In this document: one piece after another, positions 1 through 10,154 of the stretch | Numbering within the stretch: position 1 is the first letter of the stretch | Layout of the letters: each line of letters starts with the position of its first letter | Virus record (IMG/VR): IMGVR_UViG_3300028392_002123 | Direction: 5' to 3' (one strand) | DNA length: 64,000 nucleotides | Source: a virus | Taxonomy: Duplodnaviria > Caudoviricetes | Translations under genes and position numbers: made by a program | The notes under the pieces: generated by a model | The model's input: the letters and a program-made list of their open reading frames with translations, nothing else | Database searches by the model: none | Told to the model about the DNA's origin: nothing

Positions 1-828
1 ATTGCTAATGCCTGTGCCACTACTACCAGCACCAGCACTGATTACTCCGTTGTTAATAGTAATAGTTGTACCGTCGACTTTAACACCACCAAGTACACTT
101 GTTGTTGCTATTGGTAAAGTGTAAGCTGAAGGGATAGTTGGCTTGTTTGTTAAATCGTTATAGTTGCCACTAAAATTGCTGCCGCCGCCTGTTGCACTGA
201 CAACACCGTTGCCATCAATGCTTAAACCAGTACCAATTTTAATACCGCCCAAAACGCTGCCGCTGGCAGTTGGTAACGTATATGACCCGCCGCCGCCATT
301 AACACCAGGGCCAGCACTGATCTTTGCTGTAACCCCATCACTGTCCATAGTTACATTTAGGCCTTCAAAATTAAATTTTGTTGCGTTACCTATGTTTACA
401 CCCTGTTGGGCAACTGGAATATTAGCCAACAAACCTGTAATAGTTGCTACTTGATTATTATCGATTGCAACTGTGGCACCTCTAAAATCTAAAGTAAGAG
501 CTTCGCCTCTAGTTGCTCCGTTTTCTTTAATACCAATTCCAGAAACAACAGAAACTCCATTACCTGGACCCGAGTCAGTGACAACATTGAAAGTTAATTT
601 ACCAGTAGCGTCGTTGTAATTGCTGATTAATCTTAAATGAAGATTACTACCATGAGCATCGACTTCGACCATTTCGCCGACAACGTCTTGTATTTGTTCT
701 GTGGATGTTGCTGGAGCATTAACATAAGCACCAAGACTTGAGCTCCATACTAAACTTTCACCGTCTGTGGGATTATCGAGTTCCAACGGTAATTGTGAAT
801 TACTTAAATTGTTTATGTAAATTGTCAT
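1..828 (-). CDS. Tail/head fibre-like protein (3' end runs off the window)
   Basis: Not in ORF track; translated by hand from ATG at 828 (MTIYINNLSNSQLPLE...) with no stop to position 1. Gly/Thr/Ser-rich, two YTLP(T/I)A..SVLGG(I/V)K repeats and a GNYNDLTNKPTIP motif typical of phage fibre proteins. Confidence 0.75.
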   Translation of the reverse strand, partial: MTIYINNLSNSQLPLELDNPTDGESLVWSSSLGAYVNAPATSTEQIQDVVGEMVEVDAHGSNLHLRLISNYNDATGKLTFNVVTDSGPGNGVSVVSGIGIKENGATRGEALTLDFRGATVAIDNNQVATITGLLANIPVAQQGVNIGNATKFNFEGLNVTMDSDGVTAKISAGPGVNGGGGSYTLPTASGSVLGGIKIGTGLSIDGNGVVSATGGGSNFSGNYNDLTNKPTIPSAYTLPIATTSVLGGVKVDGTTITINNGVISAGAGSSGTGISN

Positions 829-829
829 A

Positions 830-1198
830 TTATATACTCAACATAACTTTTGTTATATCACCTATTGATGATGTGTCTGACAGATAACTGCGGGTTTTTC
901 TAAATCTTAGTAAAACAAAATTACCTGAAAAACTAAAGCTTTCTGTTCCTATCTTTGGAGTAGTATATTCCTTGTAAGGAATATTTCTATGCATCCATAT
1001 AGGAAACCAGTCTGCTTCGGTTGGATCTAATTCTAGTGTTCCTTCTATTTGTATTCTTCCGATAAAGTTGTTAAAACTAACTGCAAGCGTTTGGAATCCG
1101 TCTCTGTAACCATAGTAACCATCACCTCGTAGGGGATTACTAACTTGATCAGGTTGTCCGTTACCCAACATTAATGTTGCAACTGTTAAATTATTCAT
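830..1198 (-). CDS. Hypothetical protein, possibly virion-associated
   Basis: 122 aa ORF tightly packed between neighbours on the same strand. Confidence 0.6.
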   Translation of the reverse strand: MNNLTVATLMLGNGQPDQVSNPLRGDGYYGYRDGFQTLAVSFNNFIGRIQIEGTLELDPTEADWFPIWMHRNIPYKEYTTPKIGTESFSFSGNFVLLRFRKTRSYLSDTSSIGDITKVMLSI

Positions 1199-1365
1199 GT
1201 TTTCTCAACTTCTACTACAACAGAATCTCCAACTAGTTCCTGAGCTACTTGCTCTAGGGCTTGTTGAATATCAGCACCAGCGATTCCGCTGTGTGTGTCT
1301 GCATCGCTGTCTTTAACGATTTTACTGAATTTAATGATAATTACATCTTCTATGATCTTAGCCAT
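1195..1365 (-). CDS. Small hypothetical protein
   Basis: ATG at 1365 (MAKIIEDV) preceded by GGAG and an upstream TAAATA at 1384-1389. Confidence 0.6.
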   Translation of the reverse strand: MAKIIEDVIIIKFSKIVKDSDADTHSGIAGADIQQALEQVAQELVGDSVVVEVEKT

Positions 1366-1442
1366 GTTGCCTCTCCAATACAATATTTAGCCAAAAAGAA
1401 AGGCGCAAACGAAATTGCGCCTTTGCAAAACAGAGGATTATA

Positions 1443-2183
1443 TTATAATTCTGATACTAAAACTGCTTCTTCTACATGGGATACATACTCGTTTAGCCGT
1501 AATTTTGCCATCATCAAATCTATATCTTCATTGAAGTACACAGCTAGAGTTGTATTAGAAGTGCGCCAACTTGGCTTTTTATTCAATGTGTTTAGATTCA
1601 TGGCAAAGCACAATTCTAAGCCCACATTAGTTTTAGCCCTGTGCTCGTCGGGATACGTATCTTCCAGCCAAACTCTAAAATTGTACAGTTCTTCTTTTCT
1701 AAATTTAGCAGTATTTTTAATATACAGTTTGTATCTATACTGCTTATTAAACAGGCTTTTTCGAACACGGATTTTGTTGTCAATTTCCATGTACTCTGCA
1801 TGTTTGGGATTTAAAGGTCTGTATAACATTATAATATTAGAAACGATGCGATCCCTCAGCATCAATTCTAAGATTAGATTATCATTGAAGTACAAATTTA
1901 CAGTACAGCCTTCTTGCCTTATGCGATAGTCTAGCTTAGATTCTTGATATTCGTCGAGGATATTTCTAATAATACTAGTAATTTCAACATTGACATTATA
2001 ATAGTTAGAACGCCTTGCCCGCCAATTGTAATGACCGTTATTAATAAACGAAGTGCTGGCCTTTTCTTTGACTGCTTCAAACTGTAGCTTATGAGTATAC
2101 TTTTTATAAAAACTCTTTTGAGGAGTTCTTATTACAATATGGTTGGGTATTACCACTAACTCATTGGAATTCATAGTCTTCAC
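1443..2183 (-). CDS. Hypothetical protein
   Basis: 246 aa ORF overlapping the clpA 3' end; no motif recognised. Confidence 0.6.
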   Translation of the reverse strand: MKTMNSNELVVIPNHIVIRTPQKSFYKKYTHKLQFEAVKEKASTSFINNGHYNWRARRSNYYNVNVEITSIIRNILDEYQESKLDYRIRQEGCTVNLYFNDNLILELMLRDRIVSNIIMLYRPLNPKHAEYMEIDNKIRVRKSLFNKQYRYKLYIKNTAKFRKEELYNFRVWLEDTYPDEHRAKTNVGLELCFAMNLNTLNKKPSWRTSNTTLAVYFNEDIDLMMAKLRLNEYVSHVEEAVLVSEL

Positions 2184-4353
2184 CGTTATAAGTTATTTTA
2201 ATGTTAACCCCCGACAGATTTTCAAAGACAATTTTCTTACTCAATGGCTTTTTAATTTTTTCTGCAATAATACGCTTCATAGGTCTTGCACCCATTTTTT
2301 CATCAAAGCCGTCTTCGATAAGTTTCAGTATTGCACCATCATCTAGTTCCAATGAAATATTCTTGGGTTCTAACAATTCGTTAATTTCGTTGATAAATTT
2401 AATTACAATCGGACGAATCATCGGTTTATCAAGTTTATTAAATTCGATGATAGAATCTAATCGATTTCTAAATTCCGGAGTAAAGTGTTTATTAACTGCT
2501 TCGATGCTGGCATTGCTGTTAGTACTGTTATCAAAGCCAATTTTATTTCTTTCACCTTCTCTTGCGCCCAAGTTAGAAGTTAGGATTAAAATAATGTTTC
2601 TGCAACTAACAGTTTTTCCACTGCTACTGGTCAGCATACCATTGTCCATAATGCCCAATAAGATATTAAGCACATCAGGGTGAGCTTTTTCAACCTCGTC
2701 TAAGAGCAATACAGCATTGGGTGTTTGTTCTAAGTCATTGATTAATTTGCCTGCGCCGCTGCCGCCTTCACCGTAGCCCACATAGCCAGGAGGTGCACCA
2801 ATCAAGCTGGCAACTTTATGACTTTCTATGTATTCACTCATGTCATAGCGTAATAGTTCCATGCCCAATACATTGGCCAGTTGTTGCGCTAGTTCAGTTT
2901 TACCAACACCTGTTGGACCAACAAACAAATAACTTCCCAAGGGTTTGGTTAGCTCCTTTAAACCTGCTTTACTGATATAAACAGCATCTAATAGTTTTTC
3001 CACGGCCTTGTCCTGCCCGAAAACTTTGGTCTTAATGTCGTGTTCATAGTTCACCGGCTTGTATTCGTTGAGCACTTCCATTTGTTCGATGGGTACCCTG
3101 GCTTGTTCGCTTACTTCTTTCTTGACCTGGTCAACAGTTAGGAATTTATCTAAGGCATCTATTTTTATCTTGGCCATGGCACTATCTAAAACATCCAGTG
3201 CTTTATCGGGCAAATATTTGTCGTGCATGTGTTTAACAGTTAAATCCACACAGGCATCGATGGCCAGGGTATCTACTTCAACTCCATGATAAAATTCATA
3301 TTGATGAATACTGCAATGTAGCATATTTTTACAGTCTTCAGGACTCATTTCATCTATGTCTAATTTAGTAAAACGACGAGCCAACGCACGATCCGGTTCA
3401 ATTGATTCCCTGTATTCTTCATAGGTAGTACTGCCAATGATTTGAATTTTTCCCTTGGTTAATGCTGGTTTGATCAAGTTTGCCATGTCTGTACTGCTTG
3501 ATCCTGCGGCACCTGCGCCAACAATGGTGTGTATTTCGTCAATGAATAAAATGACATTGTCTCTATTTTCTAGTATATCAAATACTTGTTTGACACGTTC
3601 TTCAAAATCTCCTCGATACTTAGTACCGGCCATTAATGCGCCCATGTCTAGATTATAGATAATATGTTCTTTAATTGTACCAGGAACATCATCTTCAACG
3701 ATACGTCTAGCCAAGCCTTCAACAATGGCAGTTTTACCTACCCCTGGATCTCCTACTAGGATTGCATTTTTCTTTTTACGTCTAGCTAGAATTTGTACAA
3801 GTTTTTCAACTTCCTCACTGCGGCCGATCAGCATGTCTATTTCTCCTGCTTCGGCATCTTTGTTTAAATTGATACAATATTCTTCTAGAACTTTTTCTTC
3901 TAATTTAGATTTTTTAGTTTCCACACGTTCCATTTTACCAATACTTTCCAGGAAAGTGTCTTTGGTAACGCCGTGTTCGTGCAGATAAAAATATGCATGA
4001 CTATGTTTTTCACTGAGAATACTTAACAGCATATCAGGCGGACTAATAGAAGCTCTTCCATTAAAAATAGCCTGGGTAAACGCACGATTGAATGAGCGTT
4101 CTAACGTCTGTGTTTTTCTGGGTTTAGTCAGTCCTGGGACAACTAGATCCTCAATGCCTTCTAAGAAATTTGTCAAGTCTTCTACTATTGGTTCTGGGGC
4201 AACGCTCATGACTGACAATGACTCTTGGATATCTTTGTGTTCTAATAGAACCAAAGTTAAATGTTCCAAAGTAACATATTCGTGTTCTTTGTTTAATGCC
4301 AAGCGAAATGCTTTTTCGACAATTTCGTTAATTTGTTGTTTATCTTCTTCCAT
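2161..4353 (-). CDS. clpA: ATP-dependent Clp protease ATPase subunit ClpA
   Basis: Clp N-domain; two AAA modules with Walker A GDPGVGKT and GPTGVGKT, Walker B LFIDEIH and LLLDEVEKAHPDV; FTPEFRNRLD and MGARPM motifs; no ClpB middle domain. Confidence 0.93.
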   Translation of the reverse strand: MEEDKQQINEIVEKAFRLALNKEHEYVTLEHLTLVLLEHKDIQESLSVMSVAPEPIVEDLTNFLEGIEDLVVPGLTKPRKTQTLERSFNRAFTQAIFNGRASISPPDMLLSILSEKHSHAYFYLHEHGVTKDTFLESIGKMERVETKKSKLEEKVLEEYCINLNKDAEAGEIDMLIGRSEEVEKLVQILARRKKKNAILVGDPGVGKTAIVEGLARRIVEDDVPGTIKEHIIYNLDMGALMAGTKYRGDFEERVKQVFDILENRDNVILFIDEIHTIVGAGAAGSSSTDMANLIKPALTKGKIQIIGSTTYEEYRESIEPDRALARRFTKLDIDEMSPEDCKNMLHCSIHQYEFYHGVEVDTLAIDACVDLTVKHMHDKYLPDKALDVLDSAMAKIKIDALDKFLTVDQVKKEVSEQARVPIEQMEVLNEYKPVNYEHDIKTKVFGQDKAVEKLLDAVYISKAGLKELTKPLGSYLFVGPTGVGKTELAQQLANVLGMELLRYDMSEYIESHKVASLIGAPPGYVGYGEGGSGAGKLINDLEQTPNAVLLLDEVEKAHPDVLNILLGIMDNGMLTSSSGKTVSCRNIILILTSNLGAREGERNKIGFDNSTNSNASIEAVNKHFTPEFRNRLDSIIEFNKLDKPMIRPIVIKFINEINELLEPKNISLELDDGAILKLIEDGFDEKMGARPMKRIIAEKIKKPLSKKIVFENLSGVNIKITYNGEDYEFQ

Positions 4354-4380
4354 AGGCCTTCAGTCTAAAATTTATAGTGT

Positions 4381-4410
4381 ATTGTAACACTACAGATATT
4401 TAACTGTCAA
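4381..4410 (-). promoter_or_regulatory. sigma70-type promoter for clpA (TTGACA-N18-TACAAT) with an internal TAAATA
   Basis: Read directly on the minus strand. Confidence 0.65.
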
Positions 4411-4436
4411 GACTTATTCTTTGAGTTAGTAGTTAA

Positions 4437-4703
4437 TTACTTGCCAGCTTTATCAAAAATTTCTTTTTGAATGCCATACCATTCAATCCAAGTATCTAAT
4501 TTAACAGCACATTCGTAGTAGGCAGTATAATTGTTTACCACAGTTTTGGTTAGTTCACTGAACACCGTTGTTTCGGTTGGTATAGTCTGTAACTGTGGAC
4601 ATTTTACTTTGATAACATCGGGTGCATCTGGAAATTTAGTAGTCACAGGAACAGGACTAGCACAACCCGCCAACGCAAGAACTAATAATAAAGAATATTT
4701 CAT
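4437..4703 (-). CDS. Lipoprotein, putative o-spanin (Rz1-like)
   Basis: Signal peptide with lipobox LAGC, Pro-rich mature region, overlaps the upstream membrane/coiled-coil gene. Confidence 0.6.
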   Translation of the reverse strand: MKYSLLLVLALAGCASPVPVTTKFPDAPDVIKVKCPQLQTIPTETTVFSELTKTVVNNYTAYYECAVKLDTWIEWYGIQKEIFDKAGK

Positions 4704-5143
4704 TTTGCTTCCTCTACAGTTTTATTTAATGCGGCCGCATTATGCGCCTTGACCACAGGAGCAGGTACAGGACAGGTATTGTCAAGTTTTGTAATTTCTC
4801 TATCAACATATTTAACAACTTCACTGCCAGGGATTCGAACTAGTTCTAATTTTTTAACAACTCGTTCTACAATTTTTACATTTTGTTTTTGACTTTCGGC
4901 CTCTGCTTTTGCTAACTTAGTTTCTACTTCTTTTACTTTAAGTTGCCAAGCATCATAGTCTGCAAGTCCGCCTTCGAGATATACTCCTAAAGATAATATA
5001 AGAATACTACAGACCTGAATAGCCAATCTATATGGCGCAATTTGAGGAATAAATGTCAAAACAAATCCAACAATTATTCCTAATATGCCGGCAATTACTA
5101 CTAAATGAATTGCCCAGTTAGGCAATATAGATAATATCCACAT
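4700..5143 (-). CDS. Putative i-spanin (Rz-like)
   Basis: N-terminal hydrophobic segments followed by a coiled-coil and a C-terminal Cys; paired with the downstream lipoprotein. Confidence 0.55.
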   Translation of the reverse strand: MWILSILPNWAIHLVVIAGILGIIVGFVLTFIPQIAPYRLAIQVCSILILSLGVYLEGGLADYDAWQLKVKEVETKLAKAEAESQKQNVKIVERVVKKLELVRIPGSEVVKYVDREITKLDNTCPVPAPVVKAHNAAALNKTVEEAK

Positions 5144-5146
5144 ACG

Positions 5147-5371
5147 TTATCCTTTGTATCTAAAAGTTATTCTGCCCTTGGTTAGATCATATGGGCTCAT
5201 TTCCACTTCCACTCTATCAAGATTTAATATATTGATATTGTGTTTTCTTATCTTACCGCTGATCACTGCGGTTATTACTACACCTGCATCTTTTAGTTTA
5301 ACCCTAAATGTTGCGTTGGGCAAACATTCAATTACTTGACCTTCCAGTTTAATTAATTCTTCTTTGCTCAT
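5147..5371 (-). CDS. infA: Translation initiation factor IF-1
   Basis: [26 protein letters not shown]...[31 protein letters not shown] matches the IF-1 consensus. Confidence 0.95.
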   Translation of the reverse strand: MSKEELIKLEGQVIECLPNATFRVKLKDAGVVITAVISGKIRKHNINILNLDRVEVEMSPYDLTKGRITFRYKG

Positions 5372-5889
5372 CAGTAATTTAATAAAAATTTGAACCTAGA
5401 TTTAATCGACTCTTCTACTGCCTTTTGTTCTAGTTCTTCTGGCGTTTGGCCGTAAGTTGTGGGGTCAACATTAATGTGCGCGGCAAATGTTTCTTCATCG
5501 AAAGGTAAAGCATTCTGCAAGTCACTTGTGATAAATTTCCAATTTTTGATGGCACTTAATCTTTTGCTGTCATTCAAAATATCTTGTATGCTGGTAAATG
5601 CATTTGGATCTCTTTTTAGTTCGACATAAATTAAGTATCTGCCTTTGTCGTCGGTGGCAGGACTGACTTCAACATCTTCAAATTCTGCCACACCATGTTC
5701 GATGAATAGTGCAAGATCATTGGCAGGTTTTTGATCCTTAACCGGTATGGCTAAAACAATATAATCTCGATCTTCACCTAGTTTTGTTTTATGCATGTCA
5801 ATCATGACTTCGTCATAGACTAACCATTGTAGATCACCTTCGTGAAGGCTTTCATTAAGTTTGTTGTTCTTTGTTCTCGTCATTGGCAT
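5371..5889 (-). CDS. Hypothetical protein
   Basis: 172 aa acidic ORF, operonic. Confidence 0.6.
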   Translation of the reverse strand: MPMTRTKNNKLNESLHEGDLQWLVYDEVMIDMHKTKLGEDRDYIVLAIPVKDQKPANDLALFIEHGVAEFEDVEVSPATDDKGRYLIYVELKRDPNAFTSIQDILNDSKRLSAIKNWKFITSDLQNALPFDEETFAAHINVDPTTYGQTPEELEQKAVEESIKSRFKFLLNY

Positions 5890-6397
5890 TACCTTTTGCG
5901 GCTTCGTCGTCGTTTAAGTTTTCGTCATAGGCATTGGATACATCTTCCATGTCTACTTTTCCGCTACTTGTATCTACTTTGTCGGTTTGCATTTCGTCTA
6001 CAAAGTGACGTGGCATAGTTATTTTAACAACCCATACAGGAGCTTCTAAAATCTTAGCTTTTAATCTGCCGCGGTCATCTACTTCGTAGTCGTCATCGCC
6101 TTTAATTTTACCCACGTATTTTAGAATTTCTTTGCCGTACCAAACTTTACAGCCGTGGTCAACGAGACGTTCAGCACCTGCAGGATCTGGCATCATTTTG
6201 TAGGGATACATTAGTGTAACAGTGATCCAATATCTGTCAATTTTTGGACCATCGACAATTTCGCCTTTTAGCCAATTGTCAAATACATAAAGATCTAAAT
6301 TATCTAATGTACGCTCAAATTCCATGAGAATGTCCAAGACATTATCACTGCTAAAAGCCGTGTCCAAAGTGGTATATATTGTGTCGATATCAATCAT
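5855..6397 (-). CDS. Hypothetical protein of a type recurrent in jumbo myoviruses
   Basis: 180 aa ORF (DILMEFERTLDNLDLYVF.NW..GE.VDGP..RYW); TAAATA 5 nt before the ATG. Confidence 0.65.
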   Translation of the reverse strand: MIDIDTIYTTLDTAFSSDNVLDILMEFERTLDNLDLYVFDNWLKGEIVDGPKIDRYWITVTLMYPYKMMPDPAGAERLVDHGCKVWYGKEILKYVGKIKGDDDYEVDDRGRLKAKILEAPVWVVKITMPRHFVDEMQTDKVDTSSGKVDMEDVSNAYDENLNDDEAAKGNANDENKEQQT

Positions 6398-6421
6398 GCA
6401 TATATTTAGCCGCAGATTTAA

Positions 6422-8044
6422 TTATCTTACTGTGGACTTTAATCTAGGATAAACCGCCCCAGTTGCGGGTCTAGTGCCATAGTTTTGTTTAGGAAATGTA
6501 GCACCTATACGTGTTGACGATAATAAATTGTAGATTATATCCGCTCTTGGGCTACCCAAACCTGTGGCCGCATCCCAGCCTGTTGTGGCCGCATAGCCAT
6601 TAACGCTACCTAAACCATGCCATGAATAGTTATTATAGCCCGTAGTAATATCTGTTACTGTATTGCTATTTCCATATAATAAAGTCATTAATTCACCGAA
6701 CTGTATTCTTCTTCCTAACAATTGATTTAATCTAGCAAATACTCCAGCAAGAAATGGCGCAGCCGCGCTGGTACCGCCATTTTGATTTAAACTTCCATTT
6801 ACATAAAAAGTATATCCAGTATAAGGATCTGCAGGTGCTGATATATCTGGAACACCTCTTCTGGTAACTACTGTGGGACTGCCTGTTTGTCCAGATTTAT
6901 TATATGTTGTGTAATATAAAGTAGGACTTGCTTGCCAAGTTGGCCTAGAGCTATAAGTGCTGATACCACCACCGCTGCCAGACCATACAGTTTCTGTGTT
7001 TAATGTGTTATCATTATTTAAAAAAATACTGGTCCCGCCGCTGGCAATTACATACTGACTACTAGCGGGATATTCTGCCTGCCAATTATTCCCGCCATCA
7101 TCGCCCGAGGAAAAAAATGTTAAAATACCTTTAGCAATACAAGACTGAAATGGCACGGCCAGATAGTCGCTGATATCTCCACCATATCCCCAGCTAACAG
7201 TTAACACACTGGGATTGTTTACATTGTCATTGGCAATGGCATTTACCATGTCGTAGAAACCTTGACTAGTATTCGGAGCATAATAAACTACTATTTTTGC
7301 TTTTGGCGCAACGGCGCCTGCACAATAAATATCCATCATTGTTTCAGCATCGCTGACTGTGGTAAATGTTGCACCATCTACAGAATAGTTTGTAACTGTG
7401 GGAGGTGTTAGTCCTACTTGTGTAAATGTTCTATTCACATCGGATTGATTCCATCCGCTACCTTGGAATTCTATGATTGCAATAGTTTGGCCTGCGCCGT
7501 CCCCTGCAGGAACTCGATATGCAGTGGCAACTTGAAGCGGGGTCACTGGATATTTGCTAGGATACGTGTTTGGAGCCGGACTAGGATCTGCATCACTGAC
7601 AGAAAAATTTCTAATTCTTGGTTGTACAGTAAGAGATTCATCAAATCCTAATACTAATTCTACAACAGCATCGATTTCTAAGGGAACAGTTATAGTGTCT
7701 TCATGAGTAAGATATGTTCTTGGACCATCGGTGACTGTTAATAATTGAATTTTGAAAAATGTATTGAACTGTTTAACACTACCTTCTATTTTCACCACAG
7801 CCATACCTTTATCGGATTCAACAACCAGTAATAAATTAGACCTTGCCCACTGCTCTACTAATTCAATTTCATCTTCAAGCGCACCAAATTGATAAACATA
7901 TTGATCATGATCTAATACCGGCTGTGTACCTGCAATAACACCGTCTGTATATTCTTTAAGAGTCATTCCGTTTTCATGTTTATCCCTTCGAAGATACACA
8001 CTGATAATTATTTTTTCATTTAAGTCTGCTAGAATAGATTGCAC
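6422..8044 (-). CDS. S53 family serine-carboxyl peptidase (sedolisin/kumamolisin-like) with pro-domain
   Basis: Catalytic motifs ETMMD (Glu/Asp), SSGDDG (oxyanion Asp), GGTSAAAP (Ser); RGVPDISA; GWDAATGLGSP calcium-binding region. Confidence 0.9.
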   Translation of the reverse strand: MQSILADLNEKIIISVYLRRDKHENGMTLKEYTDGVIAGTQPVLDHDQYVYQFGALEDEIELVEQWARSNLLLVVESDKGMAVVKIEGSVKQFNTFFKIQLLTVTDGPRTYLTHEDTITVPLEIDAVVELVLGFDESLTVQPRIRNFSVSDADPSPAPNTYPSKYPVTPLQVATAYRVPAGDGAGQTIAIIEFQGSGWNQSDVNRTFTQVGLTPPTVTNYSVDGATFTTVSDAETMMDIYCAGAVAPKAKIVVYYAPNTSQGFYDMVNAIANDNVNNPSVLTVSWGYGGDISDYLAVPFQSCIAKGILTFFSSGDDGGNNWQAEYPASSQYVIASGGTSIFLNNDNTLNTETVWSGSGGGISTYSSRPTWQASPTLYYTTYNKSGQTGSPTVVTRRGVPDISAPADPYTGYTFYVNGSLNQNGGTSAAAPFLAGVFARLNQLLGRRIQFGELMTLLYGNSNTVTDITTGYNNYSWHGLGSVNGYAATTGWDAATGLGSPRADIIYNLLSSTRIGATFPKQNYGTRPATGAVYPRLKSTVR

Positions 8045-8045
8045 A

Positions 8046-10049
8046 TTAAGCCTCTAATGGTAGGTATGTTATTGCCACTGTAATAGCAGTAGTGCTATTG
8101 CTGTTGTTGGTAATTTTTAAATATGCACTAGCGTTTGGTATTGGGTCATTGTTAAACCCTATTACAGCTGGAGTGAAATATGTTGTAGTAGCTGTCGTTG
8201 AAATTGTTTCTGCTAGAACACCACTACCTGGAGTTGGATCTGTTGATATAGTTCTACTAGCATCTGCTGTTCTTGCGGCTAGACTAGAATATACAGTGAC
8301 CCATGCCCCAGCAGTGACTTGTATGCTATACAAAGCATAACCAGTGGCAGCGGTCACTAATGTACTATAACTGGCTCCAGGAGCAAGACTTGGTGAGGCA
8401 TACGACACAGTTCTTCTACTTAATAAGTTATTTGAACGAGTAGTATTAACCCATTGCTGTGTATTGCCGTTGTATGTTAAATATTGTCCATCGGCTACTT
8501 GTGTAAGTGTTACATCTAATAATTCATCTAATACTGATGGAATAGTTGGTTTATTTGTTAAGTTATTGTAATTAATACCAGCTGTTGGACTGCTAAATGT
8601 AATTCCGCCAGTTGAGTCACCACCAAGTACAACTGTAGATCCTGCCGCACCCATTATGTGTACATCGCCGGTGCTAGCAATTTGAATTCCACTACTACCA
8701 ATGGTTATGTTTTGCGCCGCAACTTGTCCAAACGATACTGTAGTATCATCCTTGAGAATAAAGAAATCGCCTGGCGCAAGTTTTGATGTATCTGCAACAA
8801 CCGGTTTATTGCTTAAATTATTATAATCTGTTGTTCCTGCAGGACCAGCATCACCTGTATCTCCTTTTGCGCCAGTGGCTCCTTGTGGGCCAGCAGGTCC
8901 TTGAATACCTTGTGGGCCAGTATTACCTGTATCCCCTTTTGGACCAATATCGCCTCGATCTCCTTTTGGACCAATATCGCCTTGATCGCCTTTTGGCCCA
9001 GTATCTCCCTTGTCACCTTTGAGGCCTTGCTCACCTCGCGGCCCGGCAACGCCTTGTGGACCTGGAGCTCCTTGAACACCAGTTGCACCAGTTGCACCAG
9101 TATCACCTTTTTGTCCTGTTACAGGGCCAACATCTGCCCATAAAGTTCCAGTCCATATCCATACATGTCCATTATATTCTGCAATGTATGCATCACCTAT
9201 AGCACCAGTATATGAATGATTTAAATTAGTGTAATCATATACAACACCCACTAATCTAGCAAATACTGCTTGTTGACCTTGTTCGCCACGTGGACCTGTG
9301 TCCCCTTGAGGCCCACGTTCTCCTTGTATGCCTCGAGGTCCTTGAATACCCTGCGGGCCCTGAGCACCATCTGCTCCAGCTGTACCCCTAGCACCGGCAA
9401 CTCCGCGTGGTCCCGGAGCTCCTTGGGGACCTTGCGGGCCGCGTGGCCCTTGTGCGCTGGCACTCCAGTGTAGATTTCCCCGGCCGTCGGTTGTTAGTAT
9501 ATTACCAGGCGAACCTCCGCCCAATCCAAGCATAGAAGCATCGTCGATGATAACACGACCCTGTGGATTTAAATATATATTACCATTGTCAAAGCTTTTT
9601 ATTACATTAATTTCTAATTCGCCGCCGGGCGCAATAGCCGCACGTCCTATTAGTCCATTGCCGTCATTGACTCCAAATACTAATCTGGATCTAATCATAC
9701 CCGGTCTGTCAGGATTATAACTGTCTAACAAAGGAGCTTCTATTTCATCGATAAATGTGGAAATAAAAGAAGCGCCTAGATATTGATGGCCATCAAAACC
9801 TTTGGTTATATATGAAGAAATAACATCGTTGGGTTCTAGTATTTTTGGATTGCCAATAGTTCCCCTGCTTCTCTTAGTCAATAAGGTTGCGCCTGTAGTT
9901 ATATTATCATCTATGCTTATAGTACTAACTAATGCGCCGGTACTGACGTCCCATTTTAACTCAGAATTAGCATTTTTTGACGGCGATAAATCTGTACCGT
10001 TATTAGCATACCAGCTTAGATCGCCCATAGTTCCGTTATAAATTGTCAC
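8046..10049 (-). CDS. Collagen-like (Gly-X-Y) fibre protein
   Basis: Two long G-X-Y tracts separated by a GDAY...HVWIWTG..W.DVG domain; YNNL(S/T)NKP motifs; GTG start. Confidence 0.85.
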   Translation of the reverse strand: MTIYNGTMGDLSWYANNGTDLSPSKNANSELKWDVSTGALVSTISIDDNITTGATLLTKRSRGTIGNPKILEPNDVISSYITKGFDGHQYLGASFISTFIDEIEAPLLDSYNPDRPGMIRSRLVFGVNDGNGLIGRAAIAPGGELEINVIKSFDNGNIYLNPQGRVIIDDASMLGLGGGSPGNILTTDGRGNLHWSASAQGPRGPQGPQGAPGPRGVAGARGTAGADGAQGPQGIQGPRGIQGERGPQGDTGPRGEQGQQAVFARLVGVVYDYTNLNHSYTGAIGDAYIAEYNGHVWIWTGTLWADVGPVTGQKGDTGATGATGVQGAPGPQGVAGPRGEQGLKGDKGDTGPKGDQGDIGPKGDRGDIGPKGDTGNTGPQGIQGPAGPQGATGAKGDTGDAGPAGTTDYNNLSNKPVVADTSKLAPGDFFILKDDTTVSFGQVAAQNITIGSSGIQIASTGDVHIMGAAGSTVVLGGDSTGGITFSSPTAGINYNNLTNKPTIPSVLDELLDVTLTQVADGQYLTYNGNTQQWVNTTRSNNLLSRRTVSYASPSLAPGASYSTLVTAATGYALYSIQVTAGAWVTVYSSLAARTADASRTISTDPTPGSGVLAETISTTATTTYFTPAVIGFNNDPIPNASAYLKITNNSNSTTAITVAITYLPLEA
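8935..9010 (-). repeat. 27-bp-period tandem repeat encoding GPKGD(Q/R/T)GD(I/T)
   Basis: Repeated ggaccaatatcgcc units in the collagen tract. Confidence 0.7.
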
Positions 10050-10154
10050 GATGTTATCCTTATTATCAATTAATACATTAAGTACTTTATAGAACTATTT
10101 ACCAAAATTTTAGGTATAAAACTGGTTCTTTTTGATCATCGTGTAAATATCTTT

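Noticed and set aside
1261-4387. Plus-strand ORFs such as 1261-1929, 2201-2683 and 4088-4387, and similar shadows across the window
   Set aside because: They are antisense to well-supported genes and have no motifs or ribosome-binding sites.
8870-9470. Periodic repeats as a possible CRISPR array or VNTR
   Set aside because: They are in-frame codon repeats of Gly-X-Y collagen with no unique spacers. No CRISPR array was seen in the window.
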